A stretch of 64,000 nt of DNA from contig CP074575.1 of NCBI GenBank assembly GCA_018394315.1, positions 1,210,615-1,274,614 of the forward strand. Direction: 5' to 3'. Positions 61,491-64,000 of the stretch are shown in pieces. A program made the position numbers and the translations under genes. The notes beneath the pieces were generated by a model. It was not told where the DNA came from. It saw only the letters and a list, made by a program, of their open reading frames with translations, and ran no database searches. Numbering within the stretch: position 1 is the first letter of the stretch; each line of letters opens with the position of its first letter. This DNA is from Mycoplasmatota bacterium. GTDB lineage: Bacteria; Bacillota_I; Bacilli_A; MAG-NZ.

Positions 61491-61662
61491 GAACTATTAG
61501 GAACCCTTATTTTTAGAAGTAATATTTTAAAATATACATGAGAATGAACTTATTTGTTTAGCGCTCAAATCGGTTTATTCTTTTTAGTTTTTTTGCTATA
61601 TGAAGTTTTAAATATTCATTCTCACATGTTATAATATTAATAGTAAATTTTGGGGAAAAAGT

Positions 61663-63624
61663 ATGCAAAATGAAAGTTTAACAAAACTAGATGGTGTAGG
61701 TTTAAGGACTCAAGAGAAGTTCCTTTTAAACTCTATTAAAGATGTGAAGGATTTAATCGAATATTTTCCGTATAATTTTGTTGATTACAAGGTTGGTTTA
61801 AACCAAGACAAAGCAACTGTAATAGGAGTTATAGCCACCATGCCAGTAAGTCTATTCATTAAAAAGAAGATGAATAAGATGACATTTAAGCTACAGCTTG
61901 AGGATAGAATAATTGATATTTTAATCTTTAATCGACAATTTATTAAGAACTTATTAACTGTAGGTAAAAAGATTACAGTGTCTGGTAAATATAATCCTAA
62001 TAATAATCAATTGGTTGCGGCAGAGATTCTGTTTAAATATGAAAGATTAAAACCAATTTATTCATTAAAAGAATTATCCTTATCCACCTTTCGAAAAGCA
62101 CTTAAAAGTGCTATAAAGATTTATTCGAGTGAAATGAAAGAAACATTACCGGAATATTTACTTAAAAAGTATAAACTGATTTCTTATAAAGATATGATTC
62201 GTATAGCCCACTACCCAAATTCTATTGATGAAATCAAACATTTGAAAAGAAGAGTTAAATACGAAGAATTACTTAAGTACCAACTTAAATTACAATATAG
62301 TCACTTTACCAATAAACTATCAAGTAAAATAAATATACATTACGATATTGACGCTATAAATACATTTATTGATTCTTTGCCATTTGAGTTAACAACTTCA
62401 CAAAAAGATGCGCTAGAAGAAATTTTGGAGAATATGAACTCTGATTATACAATGAGTAGGTTACTTCAAGGTGATGTTGGAAGCGGGAAGACCATTGTAG
62501 CGATAATTGCATTTTACGCTGCATATACTGCTGGTTATCAATCAGCATTTATGGCACCCACCGAGATTTTAGCTGAACAGCATTACCATAAAGTTATAAA
62601 GTTATTACCTACTCTAAATATCAAATTATTAACTTCATCAATAAATAAGAAAGATCGACTTCAAGTACTTAGTGATCTTAAAAAAGGAGTTATAGACATA
62701 ATTATTGGTACGCATTCATTGTTTCAAGATGTGGTTGAATATAACAACTTAGGTTTAGTTATAACAGATGAGCAACATCGCTTTGGAGTAGAACAAAGAC
62801 AAAAATTACGTAAGAAGGGTTTTTCTCCAGACGTATTACACATGAGCGCAACTCCTATTCCAAGAACACTCGCAATTACGTTATTTGGAGATATGGATAT
62901 ATCCACTATTAAAGAATTACCTAAAGGAAGAAAAAAAATTACTACGAAATATGTTAAAGATAAAGAATTAGATAAGGTAATTGATTTTATTAAACAGGAA
63001 ATAAAATTAGGAAGACAAGCTTACATAGTTACTGCTTTAATTACTGAGTCAGAAAAGATCGACTTACAAAATGCAGTTGATATATATGAAATAATTAAAG
63101 ATAAGCTTGATGGAAGAGTTGGTTTATTACATGGTAAGATGAAAAGTAGTGTAAAGGAAGAAGTAATGAACGACTTTAAGAATCGCAATATTGATTGTTT
63201 AGTTTCAACAACAGTTATTGAAGTCGGAGTAGATGTACCAAATGCTTCAGTAATGGTAATTATTGATGCTGATAGATTTGGGCTAAGCCAATTGCATCAA
63301 TTAAGAGGAAGAATTGGTCGTGGTGAGTATAATAGTTATTGCTTTTTGATTTCTAGTAATAAATCAGATAAAGCTGTCAAACGACTTAAGACAATTGAAA
63401 AGATATCAGATGGGTTTGAATTAAGTGAAGCGGATTTGAAATTACGAGGTCCAGGTGATTTTTTCGGTGTAAGACAATCTGGATATCCCAATTTTAAATA
63501 TGCTGACATAGTAGAGGATATGAGTATTTTATTAATTGCACGCGAAGATGCTAAAGAAATAGTGTATAATATAAACGATGAGAATAATAAAGTTCTTAAA
63601 GAATATTTAAAAAATAATTTTTAA
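61663..63624 (+). CDS. recG: ATP-dependent DNA helicase RecG
   Basis: LQGDVGSGKT, DEQHRFG, SATPIPRT, QLRGRIGRG, DLKLRGPG. Confidence 0.97.
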   Translation: MQNESLTKLDGVGLRTQEKFLLNSIKDVKDLIEYFPYNFVDYKVGLNQDKATVIGVIATMPVSLFIKKKMNKMTFKLQLEDRIIDILIFNRQFIKNLLTVGKKITVSGKYNPNNNQLVAAEILFKYERLKPIYSLKELSLSTFRKALKSAIKIYSSEMKETLPEYLLKKYKLISYKDMIRIAHYPNSIDEIKHLKRRVKYEELLKYQLKLQYSHFTNKLSSKINIHYDIDAINTFIDSLPFELTTSQKDALEEILENMNSDYTMSRLLQGDVGSGKTIVAIIAFYAAYTAGYQSAFMAPTEILAEQHYHKVIKLLPTLNIKLLTSSINKKDRLQVLSDLKKGVIDIIIGTHSLFQDVVEYNNLGLVITDEQHRFGVEQRQKLRKKGFSPDVLHMSATPIPRTLAITLFGDMDISTIKELPKGRKKITTKYVKDKELDKVIDFIKQEIKLGRQAYIVTALITESEKIDLQNAVDIYEIIKDKLDGRVGLLHGKMKSSVKEEVMNDFKNRNIDCLVSTTVIEVGVDVPNASVMVIIDADRFGLSQLHQLRGRIGRGEYNSYCFLISSNKSDKAVKRLKTIEKISDGFELSEADLKLRGPGDFFGVRQSGYPNFKYADIVEDMSILLIAREDAKEIVYNINDENNKVLKEYLKNNF

Positions 63625-63657
63625 AAAAATGATTTGTAACATTACTAGGAGGAAATT

Positions 63658-64000
63658 ATGATAAGAATAGCAGTAGACGCTATGGGTGGAGATTATGCAC
63701 CAAAAATAACGGTAATTGGCGCAATGGAAGCGATAAAGAAGTTTAGTGATATTGAAATTACGTTATTTGGAAACAAATACGAAATACATAAATATTTGAC
63801 AAACTCAAATAGAATCAGTGTAGTTCACACGCTAGAAGCTATCAAAATGGATGAAAAAGAAGCTATTAAGAAGATGAGAAGAGATAAAAAAACTTCTATG
63901 GCGATGGCGATGTACTCTGTCAAAGAAGAAAAGAATGATGCATTTGTTACAGCTGGACCAACTGGGCCTTTCGTAGCTGGTGCTCATCTAATTATTAGAA
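63658..64000 (+). CDS. plsX: Phosphate acyltransferase PlsX (3' truncated)
   Basis: MIRIAVDAMGGDYAP N-terminus; RBS AGGAGG; follows recG. Confidence 0.93.
   Translation, partial: MIRIAVDAMGGDYAPKITVIGAMEAIKKFSDIEITLFGNKYEIHKYLTNSNRISVVHTLEAIKMDEKEAIKKMRRDKKTSMAMAMYSVKEEKNDAFVTAGPTGPFVAGAHLIIR

Noticed and set aside
1498..62906. Numerous 60-140 aa antisense or nested ORFs in the ORF track
   Set aside because: They lie inside well-supported genes on the other strand or frame and lack RBSs and motifs.

Overview
AT-rich core chromosome of an anaerobic or fermentative Firmicutes (Bacilli-like) bacterium using the standard genetic code (TGA read as stop). The compact housekeeping proteins suggest a basal Haloplasmatales/Izemoplasmatales-type lineage, which is inference only. 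Housekeeping content: glnA (partial), class III fbp, an orphan trpB under a Trp T-box, a DEAD-box helicase, a trimeric electron-bifurcating [FeFe]-hydrogenase (hydCBA) followed by an intact ISL3, pepV, polC, tRNA-Cys and tRNA-Leu, T-box-pheST, and the Bacillus-syntenic rsmB-rlmN-rsgA-rpe-thiN-spoVM-rpmB-fakA-recG-plsX block. An endospore programme is scattered through the window: LytH, SleL/YaaH, a CotD-like protein, a SASP-like protein with a sigmaG-type promoter, and an unannotated 26-aa SpoVM. The two strongest candidates for undescribed systems are (1) a two-gene operon of Cys-rich S-/L-Ena (DUF3992)-like endospore appendage subunits, one with a hydrophobic C-terminal tail, and (2) an ~8.5 kb germinant-receptor island (1 GerA, 3 GerB, 2 GerC lacking the lipobox Cys, 1 small subunit) inserted with an IS200 remnant between fakA and recG. 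Also found: an unassigned structured RNA candidate, a cre-controlled 48-aa zinc-ribbon gene, an ECF sigma paired with an RsgI-type anti-sigma, and two genes broken by in-frame stops inside short locally copied patches (probably consensus errors). All calls come from reading motifs by eye; no database searches were run.
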